Positions 7,494 through 15,183 of a DNA stretch of 17,452 bases are shown here, piece by piece. A program made the position numbers and the translations under genes. This stretch comes from Candidatus Methylomirabilia bacterium. Lineage in GTDB: Bacteria; Methylomirabilota; Methylomirabilia; Rokubacteriales; CSP1-6. The notes beneath the pieces were generated by a model. It ran no database searches. It had not been told where the DNA came from and worked only from the letters and a program-made list of their open reading frames with translations. How positions within the stretch are numbered: position 1 is the stretch's first letter; each line of letters opens with the position of its first letter. The stretch covers positions 1 through 17,452 of the forward strand of contig JBGPXN010000090.1 of the NCBI GenBank assembly GCA_041492755.1. The letters are read 5' to 3'.

Positions 7494-9047
7494 TCATCGC
7501 GGGGAACGATGGCCGTGGTGCGAGACTTCCTGGCCTCGTGATTTCGCTCGTCGCCACGCGCCTGACCTGAGGGCGATCACCGGCACGATCCCGAACACCA
7601 GCAGCGCGCCCGCCATCACGCCGAAGAGGGCGGGGAGTCCACCGCCGAACCAGGTGATCGCGATCCATCCCCCCACGCTGGCGATGACGAGACGGCTGAA
7701 TCCAGCGAGGATCGGCCAGAGGAGGCGTCCGGCGCCCTGCGACGCAAAGTACAGCACCAGGCCGAGGCCGAAGAATCCGTAGACGGGACCGACGATCCGG
7801 AGATATGTCGAGCCGGCGTGCAGCACCTCCGGATCGGTACTGAAGAGGCCAAGCCACGCGCGTGGAAAGACGGCGGCGCAGAGTCCGATCGTGCCCGTGA
7901 CGGCCGCCGCCATCGCGGCGCCGGTCCAGGCAATCCGCTCCGCGCGCTCGCGGCGCCCGGCGCCCATGTTCGTTGCCACCATCGCGACGAGCGCCGATCC
8001 GAAACCGAAGACGATCGGGATCTGGAGATACTCGAGCCGCGCCCCCATGCCGTACCCGGCGATCGCCGTCGTGCCGAACGGCCCGACGAGACCGGTGAGC
8101 AGAACGATGCTCAGGTTTGTCTGCACGTTGTTCAGGATGCTCGGACCGCCGACTCTCAAGATGTCGCGGAATAACCGCCAGCGGAGCCGAAAGTCGGAGA
8201 AGGACAGCGTGACGAGGCTGTGTCCCGACAGCAGGTATGCGAGAAGAACGAGGCTGCCAGCGGCATAGTAGGCGATCAAGCTCGCGCCGGCCCCCGCGAT
8301 TCCGAGCGGCGGGACCGGTCCCCACCCGAAGATCAGGATCGGTGCGAGGCTGAGCGTGACGACCGCACCGCCGACGAGGACTGCCGCGGGAAGCATCATG
8401 TTGCCCGTCCCGCGGACGACGCTGGCGAGCGTGTTGAACGCCCACACGGCGATGGCGGCGCCGAAGACGATGTTCGAGTACGCGAGGGCCGCGGCGAGCG
8501 CCCCCCCACTTCCGCCCATGGCCCGATAGAGCCGAGGGCCACCGAGCAGGAGCGCGCCCGTGAAGCCGGCGCTCATGACGACGGCGATGACGAGCGCGTG
8601 GCGCACCAGCGCGTCGGCGTCGCTCCGGCGGCCGGCGCCCAGCGCCCGCGCCACCGCCGAGCTGACACCGCCTCCCATCCCGCCCGCTGACATCGTTTGC
8701 ATCAGCATGATCAGCGGGAACGTGAGGGAGACTCCCGCCAGCGCTTCGGCGCCGAGCCAGCCGATGTAGTACGCCTCGCCGGCGCTCACCACGGCCTGGA
8801 CCACCATGACGACGACGTTGGGAGCGGCGAGCCGCAGCAAGGTCGGCGCGATCGGACCCTCGAGAAGCAGCCGGGTGCGATCGGCCATGGGGGGGATCGG
8901 GGACGCGCCGGCGGCGGTCGCGCCGCCGCCCCCTGGTGGGGCGGAGTGGGCGTTGATGGTGCGTCCGCTCTCGTCGTGCCTGGACTCGGAGCCATCGACG
9001 ACGGCCCGAGCGTCGCGATCCTTACCCGGAGTCCGCGCTCGGCTCAT
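7494..9047 (-). CDS. MATE-family efflux transporter
   Basis: LLEGPIAPTLLRLAAP, GWLGAEALAGVSLTFP, VVRGTGNM, GTTAIAGYG and ATNMGAG motifs in a multi-pass hydrophobic protein. Start uncertain (9068, 9047 or 8888). Confidence 0.92.
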   Translation of the reverse strand: MSRARTPGKDRDARAVVDGSESRHDESGRTINAHSAPPGGGGATAAGASPIPPMADRTRLLLEGPIAPTLLRLAAPNVVVMVVQAVVSAGEAYYIGWLGAEALAGVSLTFPLIMLMQTMSAGGMGGGVSSAVARALGAGRRSDADALVRHALVIAVVMSAGFTGALLLGGPRLYRAMGGSGGALAAALAYSNIVFGAAIAVWAFNTLASVVRGTGNMMLPAAVLVGGAVVTLSLAPILIFGWGPVPPLGIAGAGASLIAYYAAGSLVLLAYLLSGHSLVTLSFSDFRLRWRLFRDILRVGGPSILNNVQTNLSIVLLTGLVGPFGTTAIAGYGMGARLEYLQIPIVFGFGSALVAMVATNMGAGRRERAERIAWTGAAMAAAVTGTIGLCAAVFPRAWLGLFSTDPEVLHAGSTYLRIVGPVYGFFGLGLVLYFASQGAGRLLWPILAGFSRLVIASVGGWIAITWFGGGLPALFGVMAGALLVFGIVPVIALRSGAWRRAKSRGQEVSHHGHRSPR

Positions 9048-9143
9048 CGTGGCGTTTGGGATGGCCACTGGTGGCCGGCGGATTCAATACACGAGACCAG
9101 TAGTTCGAGCGATGGCTCGACGCGCGGTCGCTCTGCGCGCCCG

Positions 9144-9524
9144 TCACTCCCGCCGGTTCAGCGCTTCGGGATTCACCACGTTGATCGGCTTGCCGTCCCC
9201 GTAGGCGACCACCTGGTCGAAGACCGTCGTGAACATCCGCTCGAGGGCGTCGCGCTCGACGTATCCGAGGTGCGGGGTGCAGACGACGTTGTCCATGGCC
9301 AGGAGCGGATGTCGCCCGCCAGGCACGGGCTCGTCCTCGTAGACGTCGACCGCCGCCATTCCCGGCCGGCCCGCGCATAACGCGGCCTCGAGCGCGCCCG
9401 GCGCAATGAGCCCGGCCCGGCTGGTGTTGACGAGGAGCGCCGTCACCCGATGGCCGGCGATCCTGGCGAAGCAGGGGAACGGGCGGATGGTGTCCTGGTC
9501 GTCGTTCAGGATCGTGACGTTCAC
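9144..9524 (-). pseudogene. D-2-hydroxyacid dehydrogenase gene with an in-frame internal deletion
   Basis: The first 28 aa ([28 protein letters not shown]) are joined to the C-terminal [12 protein letters not shown]...[10 protein letters not shown]...TPHLGY...PINVVNPE. The GxGxxG NAD-binding region is missing; 126 aa versus about 320. Confidence 0.85.
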
Positions 9525-10444
9525 GCGGTGGTTCCGGTCGGCGTTCCGGTCGGCGTGCCTCCGACCTGAACGCCCGCGAGCCGTTCCAGCACCTTCACGA
9601 CCGCGAGCCCGTCCTCCTTGTTCAGGCCGGCCGCCCGCGCCATCTGGTAGACCTGCTGGCTGACGTTCGCCAATAGCAACGGCACGCCGAGCTGCTTGGC
9701 GAAGCCCGTTTCCAGCTCTTGGTCCTTGTAGGAGATGTCGACAGTGCCGCCCGGCGAGAAGTCGCGCGCGAGGATCTTCGGCACGCCGTGCTCGAACGCG
9801 TAGCTGTTGCCCGTGCTCACCCGGATCACGTCGTAGATCGTCCGCGGATCGAGCCCGGCCTTGACGCCCATCACCAGCGCCTCGGCGATGGCGACCCTGG
9901 TGACCTGGCCCAGCATGTTGTTGATGAGCTTCATGGCGAGGCCCTGGCCGAGACCGCCCACGTGGAAGATCTTCGTCCCCATGGCCTTGAAGAGGTCGTT
10001 GCAGGCGGCGAACGTCTCGGCGGCGCCGCCGGCGATGATCGACAGCTCGCCCGATGCCGCCCGCGGCGTGCCGCCGCTCACCGGCGCGTCCAGCATCGCC
10101 ACCCCGCGCGCGGCGAGCGTCTCGCCGAGCCGCCGGGCCACGAACGGATCGATCGTGCTCATGCAGATCACGATGTTCCCGGCCCTCGCGCTCCGGATGA
10201 TCCCGTGCTCGCCGGCGATCACGTCCTCGGCCTGCGCCGTCGTCTCCACGATGCAGATGGTGCGCTCGACAGCCGCCGCCACCCGCTCCGCCGTGGTTTC
10301 GACCTTCGCGCCCTTGTCGCGCAACGGCACCACCTTGGCCGGATCGACGTCGTGCACGACGAGCGAGAAGCCGTGCTTCACGAGGTTCAGCGCCATCGGC
10401 CGTCCCATGTTTCCGAGCCCGATGAATCCGACTGCTCCAGGCAT
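9521..10444 (-). CDS. NAD(P)-dependent beta-hydroxyacid dehydrogenase (3-hydroxyisobutyrate dehydrogenase / tartronate semialdehyde reductase family)
   Basis: [19 protein letters not shown] and KLINN motifs; AAAGGAGG RBS. Stop overlaps the next start (GTGA). Confidence 0.93.
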   Translation of the reverse strand: MPGAVGFIGLGNMGRPMALNLVKHGFSLVVHDVDPAKVVPLRDKGAKVETTAERVAAAVERTICIVETTAQAEDVIAGEHGIIRSARAGNIVICMSTIDPFVARRLGETLAARGVAMLDAPVSGGTPRAASGELSIIAGGAAETFAACNDLFKAMGTKIFHVGGLGQGLAMKLINNMLGQVTRVAIAEALVMGVKAGLDPRTIYDVIRVSTGNSYAFEHGVPKILARDFSPGGTVDISYKDQELETGFAKQLGVPLLLANVSQQVYQMARAAGLNKEDGLAVVKVLERLAGVQVGGTPTGTPTGTTA

Positions 10445-10745
10445 GGCGTCCTCCTTTGGGTGCTCAGCTTCGGCTATTTGCGCTCATTGGGCAACCCGCG
10501 GCCGCGGCGGCGCCCGTGACGGTAGCGCAGACCGGGTCGACCGCGCCGTCGGGCGGGGCACCGAGCGCGGCTGCCCCGGCGGCTCGTCGAGGAGGTGCCG
10601 AGCCTCGCCCCGCGCACCCGCCCCGACCGGGCCGAGGCCATCGGGTACAAGCACACGCTGGAACCGATGGACTGGAGAGCCCGGAGGTGTTCCGGCTCCC
10701 CGAGGTCGTGCGAGCCGGCGGCCTTGCTGCGCTCACTGCGTGAGA

Positions 10746-12115
10746 CTAGTCACACGACGTCTCGCCGATAGGTGGTCTCGGTCTCGCGGCCAACGGGTGC
10801 AGGACGTCGATCGCCCAGCCCACATCCAGCCGCTCTCCGAGCCAACCCGCGCATGCGGTCCGAGCGTGGAGGCGCAGGCCCTGCACGTCGTGCTGCGCCC
10901 GGAGAGCGCCGACAGGATCGGCGGGCACCGGGTCCGATGGCGGCGTTTCGGGCAAGGGCCGGCCATCTGGCCGCTGGAAATGGAGCGTGCCGTCAGGCCG
11001 GCGCTCGACGCCATAGCCCTCCTCGTGCACAGCGCGGTGATGCCGTCGACAGAGCAGCGCGAGGTTGGAAAGCGTGGTCGGCCCGCCTTGCGCCCAGTGC
11101 CGGAGGTGATGCCCCTGGGTGAAGCGGATACCACAGCCCGGGAAGCGGCAACCCCGATCTCGGCGGTGCAGCGCCCGCCGCAAGGCGGGGGGAATCGTCC
11201 GGGTCAGAGCCCCGACTTCGAGCAGCCGCCCTTCCTCGTCGTGACGCATCACCACCCGGCTGGCATCGCACGCCAGGCGGCGGGACGTTTCCGCGGAAAC
11301 GCGCACGCCGTCCTCGAGAACCGACTCGCCCGGCTGATCCGGGTCGGCCAGCGTTGCAGCATCGACGTGGACAACCACCTGATACCACTCGCCCGGGGCG
11401 CCGGGATCGAGCCCCTGGTGGAGCGCTGTCTCCGCGAGCAAGGCCAGCGCATCCGCCTGCTGATGGGCCATGCTCGGAGCCTCCGCAGCAGGATCAACCG
11501 GCGCCTCCATCTCTGCGCGCCGGGCTCGCTGGTAAAGCGTCTCGCGCGCTGCGGCCAGCGCCTGCATGAGCAGGGCACCCGCTTCCGGTTCCAACCGTCC
11601 GCGCAGGATCACCATGCCGTCCTCATCCTGATACACGTGAAGTGCTCGGCTGGCGTGCCGCTGCGCGGTTTCCCGCGCCTCGGCCTTCCGATCTACATAG
11701 CGCCAACCGCGCACGATCTGCTCGACGTGAGCGGCCGTGCCCGCGCGCCCACCGCCAGCAGTCGCGCTTCGGTCTCCGGCGTCGCCACACGCGTCAGGGC
11801 GCGAACCTTTGCGTACGACAGCTCCCCTCGGGCGAGCGCCTCGGCGAGGAGCGGCAGCGTCCCGAGTGCACGCGCCACCCGTACCCGCTCTCGGGCCGCG
11901 CCCGCGTCGAGCCCCACTCGCCAGCTCAGCCAGGCAGCGCACGAGCGAAAGCCCGTGTTCCATCCGGCCTGTGCGTCGAACTCGCGGATCAGGGCGAGAA
12001 GGCGCGCGGTGGCGGCGTCAAGGTGCGCGGACAGCTCGGCGATCTCGTCGCCAAGACGGTCGAGATCCACCGCTTGATCGTGAGCGGTAACGACGGTCGA
12101 CAAGTTCGTATTCAT
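10746..12115 (-). pseudogene. DUF222-HNH endonuclease (13E12-repeat-like) split by a single frameshift at ~11747-11750
   Basis: ORF 12115-11693 gives the DUF222 N-terminus (SCAAWLSWRVG, GELSYAKVRALTRVATPETE). ORF 11963-10746 continues RAGTAAHVEQIVR...RDRGCRFPGC...GHHLRHWAQGGPTTLSNLALLCRRHHRAVHE. Adding one base at LLAVG|RAG restores a ~456-aa protein. Confidence 0.88.
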
Positions 12116-12419
12116 AGTGGATTCCCTCGTTTGGCTGGAGCGACTCTACACCCCGATTTCCGGGGCCCCTGGGATCGTCGGCGACGCGCGTTTCAAGGAC
12201 GAGGAATGATTTTCGGTCAGCTCTCGCACGGCCGCGCACTGGTGGGCCCGCGCGGGCCGCTCGGTGGAGATTTCCGAAGCGCAGCCGAGGCATGACCATC
12301 GCCCGCGACCGAGGCTGTCAAGCGAGAAAGTGGCGCATGGCAGTGGACGACGAGGCCAGGCTACCGCTGCGTGAGACGGCGCCGATCCCGCCTATCCCGT
12401 GCTTCGTGCCCCTGAGTCC

Positions 12420-12542
12420 CTGGCCGGCGAGCGCGCCAGTCCCCCGAGGACTGCGGTGGCCCTCCCGGGTACGAGGAGTTTCTGGGAGGCGATCCGCGAT
12501 CCCCGCCATCCCGAGCACAAGGTTCGGCTCGCCTGGGTCAGT
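12420..12542 (+). pseudogene. Relic of a plasmid pRiA4b ORF-3-family gene (C-terminal part)
   Basis: Reading across two compensating frameshifts (C-run 12441-12445, G-run 12484-12486) gives LAGERASP(P)EDCGGPPGYEEFLEAIRDPRHPEHKVRLAWV, the PPEDCGG..GY signature of that family. Confidence 0.75.
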
Positions 12543-12609
12543 GACCGCACTTGACTTCCCCCGCGGCCACACCCGCGTCTCGACACGGGATTTCGCGGAG
12601 GAGTAGACG

Positions 12610-12959
12610 ATGAAGAGGCAGCTCGACATGGACAAGATTGTCAGGGGGCTCGGCGCCGAGCGCAGGGGCAAGGTTTCCGCGACGGGCAGTATTTCGGCGC
12701 GATGCGGACGTCGAAGCCAAGTTCCGCGTACCGGCGGCCGGCGGATCGATCCTCGGTGGACCGAACGGCGACTCGTCCCCCTCGCACCGGAGACGCTCGA
12801 GCGTCTGGAGGAGATCACGTCCAGGGTGCGCGAGCACGGGGAGTCAACGTCGAACCGATGCAGCTTGCGGCGCTGCTGCTCAAGAAAACGGCCAGGCAAC
12901 TCAGCGAGGTTAAAGCCGAGAAGCTCGTCCGGCCGCGCCGACGAGCGAGTCGTCATTGA
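12610..12959 (+). pseudogene. Frameshifted small hypothetical protein (~120 aa)
   Basis: GGAGGAG RBS. Protein-like segments move between frames: MKRQLDMDKIVRGLGAERRGKVSATG / YFGAM / ADVEAKFRVP / DPRWTERRLVPLAPETLERLEEITSRVREHG / VNVEPMQLAALLLKKTARQL...RH*. Confidence 0.6.
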
Positions 12960-12983
12960 ACAGCGAGCATCGCGCACGAGGCC

Positions 12984-13102
12984 GCATCTACCAGTAGATG
13001 CCAGGAGCAGAGGTCCGAGTATCTGCATGTTGACGCCCGGGTGCCATCCAGATAGAGATGCTTGCATCCATGGGTGGATGCCAGGCATCCTGCGCCAGAT
13101 GC
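12984..13102. repeat. Array of five 18-bp dyads GCATC-N8-GATGC
   Basis: Exact copies at 12984, 13064 and 13085; CCATC-N8-GATGC at 13044; GTATC-N8-GACGC at 13019. Confidence 0.85.
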
Positions 13103-13112
13103 CGACATTGCC

Positions 13113-13132
13113 GTCGAATAGTAGTTCGCCGA
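13113..13132 (+). other. attI-like recombination core (G|TT at 13124/13125)
   Basis: GTCGAAT-agta-GTTCGCCGA. The GTTCGCCGA is complementary at 8/9 positions to the R'' (TCGTCGAAC) of the first attC, and no attC hairpin precedes it. Confidence 0.55.
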
Positions 13133-13170
13133 ATCTGCGCACGCGCCAGGTGGCCCAGCCATCGTGCTAG

Positions 13171-13176
13171 TAGCGT
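13171..13176 (+). promoter_or_regulatory. Candidate cassette-internal leaderless -10 box (TAGCGT)
   Basis: TAGCGT-agccgg-GTG, the same TANNNT-N6-start geometry seen at 1060 and 1116. No Shine-Dalgarno before 13183. Confidence 0.45.
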
Positions 13177-13182
13177 AGCCGG

Positions 13183-13419
13183 GTGGATTTTGAGCTCATC
13201 GGTCCGATACGCGACGTCGAGACGATCGCGACAGGATCCGCCGTTCGACAACGCGCCCGGTTGCGTCGTCGGTACGGCCGAGGCCGATGGCAAAAGCGCA
13301 AGGGCGTCGCGGTCGTGCGGCTCCGTGACGGCACCGTACATCGAGCCGAGGTTCATTGGTTTGCAGCTCATGGGATCGGTCGGCGAGAACTGAAGATCAA
13401 ATTCCCCTTGCTGGACTGA
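13183..13419 (+). CDS. Small basic hypothetical protein, putative toxin of a two-gene module
   Basis: 78 aa with about 19 R/K versus 8 D/E; motif YGRGRWQKRKG...G.VHRAEVHWF..HGIG..E.KIK. Ends 3 nt before the partner gene. Confidence 0.8.
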   Translation: MDFELIGPIRDVETIATGSAVRQRARLRRRYGRGRWQKRKGVAVVRLRDGTVHRAEVHWFAAHGIGRRELKIKFPLLD

Positions 13420-13422
13420 GGA

Positions 13423-13668
13423 ATGAAAAAGCCAAGAGCAGGAAAGCGCCAAGCTCGTTTCGTGGTGTGCGTGAAAAACAAGGGCTATGAGGCCTCGCTC
13501 GAGGTCGGAAAGTTCTACCGCGTCGTCCCTGACGTCGAGGCCGAAGGTCACGGTTACCTCCGGATCGTTGATGAGAGCGGCGAGGACTACGGCTATGCCT
13601 CAGATCGCTTTCTCTCGATTCCCGTCCCGAAGCCTCTGGAGAAGGTTCTCGTCAAGGCGGCGTCATGA
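13423..13668 (+). CDS. Small hypothetical protein, putative antitoxin/immunity partner
   Basis: 81 aa; FVVCVKNKGYEASLEVGKFYRVVPD...LRIVDESGEDYGY..DRF. Closely coupled to the upstream gene, with an attC 4 nt after its stop. Confidence 0.82.
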   Translation: MKKPRAGKRQARFVVCVKNKGYEASLEVGKFYRVVPDVEAEGHGYLRIVDESGEDYGYASDRFLSIPVPKPLEKVLVKAAS

Positions 13669-13672
13669 GATC

Positions 13673-13742
13673 GTCGAACATCACAGTGCACCGGACCGGG
13701 GCTCGCTTCGCTCGCTCCGGCCGGTGACCGTGACCGTTCGCC
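13673..13742 (+). other. attC site 1
   Basis: R'' GTCGAAC ... R' GTTCGCC, 70 bp. Arms gt[g]caccgg[a]ccgg and ccggccggtgac pair with two extrahelical bases. Confidence 0.88.
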
Positions 13743-13796
13743 GCCCGTGATCCATCGTCCCCGGGGAACCGTGGACCAGCAGGAGGGAACCGGATC

Positions 13797-14522
13797 GTGA
13801 AGCGCCAGCGCCGGGATTCCGACCTAGAACAGGTCGAGCTTATCGGAATACCGCATTACAGCCAAGGCGATGCGGACGGCCTGTGCGTCTACTACGCGAT
13901 GTCGATGATGCTGGCGGCGCTGCATCCTGCTTTGGGGCCGACCATACATGACGCACCACGCTACTCGCGGCAGGGAAGTCCCGTACTCCAAGCCGTCCGT
14001 CGGCTATATCGCTCCGAGCGACTCTTCAAGGACAAGATCGCGGATTGGTTCTTCAACGGCATGTCGACGGCAGAGGCCACAAGAGTTCTGAATGAGCTCT
14101 TTCAACACCACTTCCGCACCGACGAGATGTACTTCACTCGCCGGCCTGTCCGAGCGCGGCGAATCAGGCGGCTGAAGCACTCCAGACGCAGGCACCTGGT
14201 CGATCGGATGTGGACCGTCCAGGAGGTTCTTGTGGCTATCGCTCGGCAGCTACCGGTCATAGTCACAGGGGGCGGCCTTGGCTTACACGCTGTGCTCGCC
14301 ATCGGCTACAGTGCCAGAGGCCGGGCCGACCGGTCTCTTTGCTTCCTAGATCCTGCACTCGTTCGGCCAGACTGGTGGCCGTGCGGCACGATATTCACCG
14401 ACGGCGCCGAAGCGATCATGCCCAACCTTGATCTCTTTCGCGAATACCGCCCCGCCCGTGTCATCACGGAACACGGGACCTGTGAGTGCCAGCCGTGGGA
14501 AGAAGAGTATCTTGACGAATGA
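13797..14522 (+). CDS. Papain-fold (C39-like) cysteine peptidase-like cassette protein
   Basis: IPHYSQ(23)GDADGLC(30)VYYAMSM, LPVIV, HAVLAIGY and FLDP give the Q/C...H...D order of C39-like peptidases. AGGAGG RBS; no signal peptide. Confidence 0.7.
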   Translation: MKRQRRDSDLEQVELIGIPHYSQGDADGLCVYYAMSMMLAALHPALGPTIHDAPRYSRQGSPVLQAVRRLYRSERLFKDKIADWFFNGMSTAEATRVLNELFQHHFRTDEMYFTRRPVRARRIRRLKHSRRRHLVDRMWTVQEVLVAIARQLPVIVTGGGLGLHAVLAIGYSARGRADRSLCFLDPALVRPDWWPCGTIFTDGAEAIMPNLDLFREYRPARVITEHGTCECQPWEEEYLDE

Positions 14523-14546
14523 TCGGCCGTATCGCTGCGTAGGCGC

Positions 14547-14618
14547 GTCGAACAAGCCAGTGGAGCGGCCGGTTCGCTCGCATGCGCACGCGACCGCCGC
14601 TCACTGCCGGCGTTATCC
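14547..14618 (+). other. attC site 2
   Basis: R'' GTCGAAC ... R' GTTATCC, 72 bp. Arms cagt[g]gagcgg[c]cggt and accgccgctcactg. Confidence 0.9.
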
Positions 14619-14642
14619 GCTAAGGAGCGCCCCAGGTAAGTC

Positions 14643-15095
14643 ATGCCGAGGAAATACCAGCTTCCACTCTTTCTCTCGGGCTTGGTGACGCATGAAACCT
14701 ACGAGCGGTGGCTGCGTCGGAAAGCTCAGGCACACGTGAAGCGCGACCGGCGGCGGGGTAACGAGACGGCCATCGGAGAGACCTACCGCAATGCAATTCA
14801 TGCGGCAGTCGTTGAGAGTGGTGGTGCCGACGCCTACACGGGCGAGCAACTTGACTGGTCGCTAATCAGCAAGTACGACAACGATGAGTCCCAAGAAAAG
14901 GGACGTCACTACAAGCAAGGGTTCGCGTTGCTACCGACCGTTGATCACATCGGCGATGGAACCGGCCTCGCTGACTTCAGGATCTGCGGTTGGCGAACCA
15001 ACGACGCGAAGCACGACCTCGACGTGCAGGAAGTTCTTGCGGTGTGCCGAGCCGCGCTTAAGCATCACGGGTATGGCGTCACAAAACGCGGCTAA
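14643..15095 (+). CDS. HNH/His-Me-finger-like nuclease cassette protein
   Basis: DAYTGEQL...LPTVDH...FRICGWRTNDAK matches the DH...N beta-beta-alpha-metal pattern. Its stop TAA lies inside the attC R'' box. Confidence 0.7.
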   Translation: MPRKYQLPLFLSGLVTHETYERWLRRKAQAHVKRDRRRGNETAIGETYRNAIHAAVVESGGADAYTGEQLDWSLISKYDNDESQEKGRHYKQGFALLPTVDHIGDGTGLADFRICGWRTNDAKHDLDVQEVLAVCRAALKHHGYGVTKRG

Positions 15096-15167
15096 CCAGC
15101 CATTCGAGGCGGGCCTGCGCAAGCGCGCTTCGCCCGCTTGCTTGGCCGCTCAATGGCGGCGTTACGC
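15090..15167 (+). other. attC site 3
   Basis: R'' GGCTAAC ... R' GTTACGC, 78 bp. Arms gccatt[c]gag[g]cgg[g]cc and ggccgctcaatggc. Confidence 0.85.
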
Positions 15168-15183
15168 GGATCGGAGGTAGGTC

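Noticed and set aside
9531..9556. 12-bp tandem duplication encoding TPTG-TPTG at the dehydrogenase C-terminus
   Set aside because: About two copies in a disordered tail; ordinary slippage.
9861..12077. 738-aa plus-strand ORF
   Set aside because: Antisense to the dehydrogenase and the DUF222-HNH gene; a typical high-GC shadow ORF.
12954..13035. ATTGAAC...GTTGACG as a fourth attC after the 12610 relic
   Set aside because: No pairing L-box arms between the candidate R boxes.
12984..13102. Dyad array read as a CRISPR array, TIGR-like guide array or ARG boxes
   Set aside because: Variable parts are only 8 nt, units are few and irregular, and there is no cas or Nop-domain gene in the window. Half-site spacing differs from ARG boxes.
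10746..13124. Integron integrase (intI) or a fragment of it
   Set aside because: I found no tyrosine-recombinase motifs (HxLRH, LGH...T.IY) in the translated frames.
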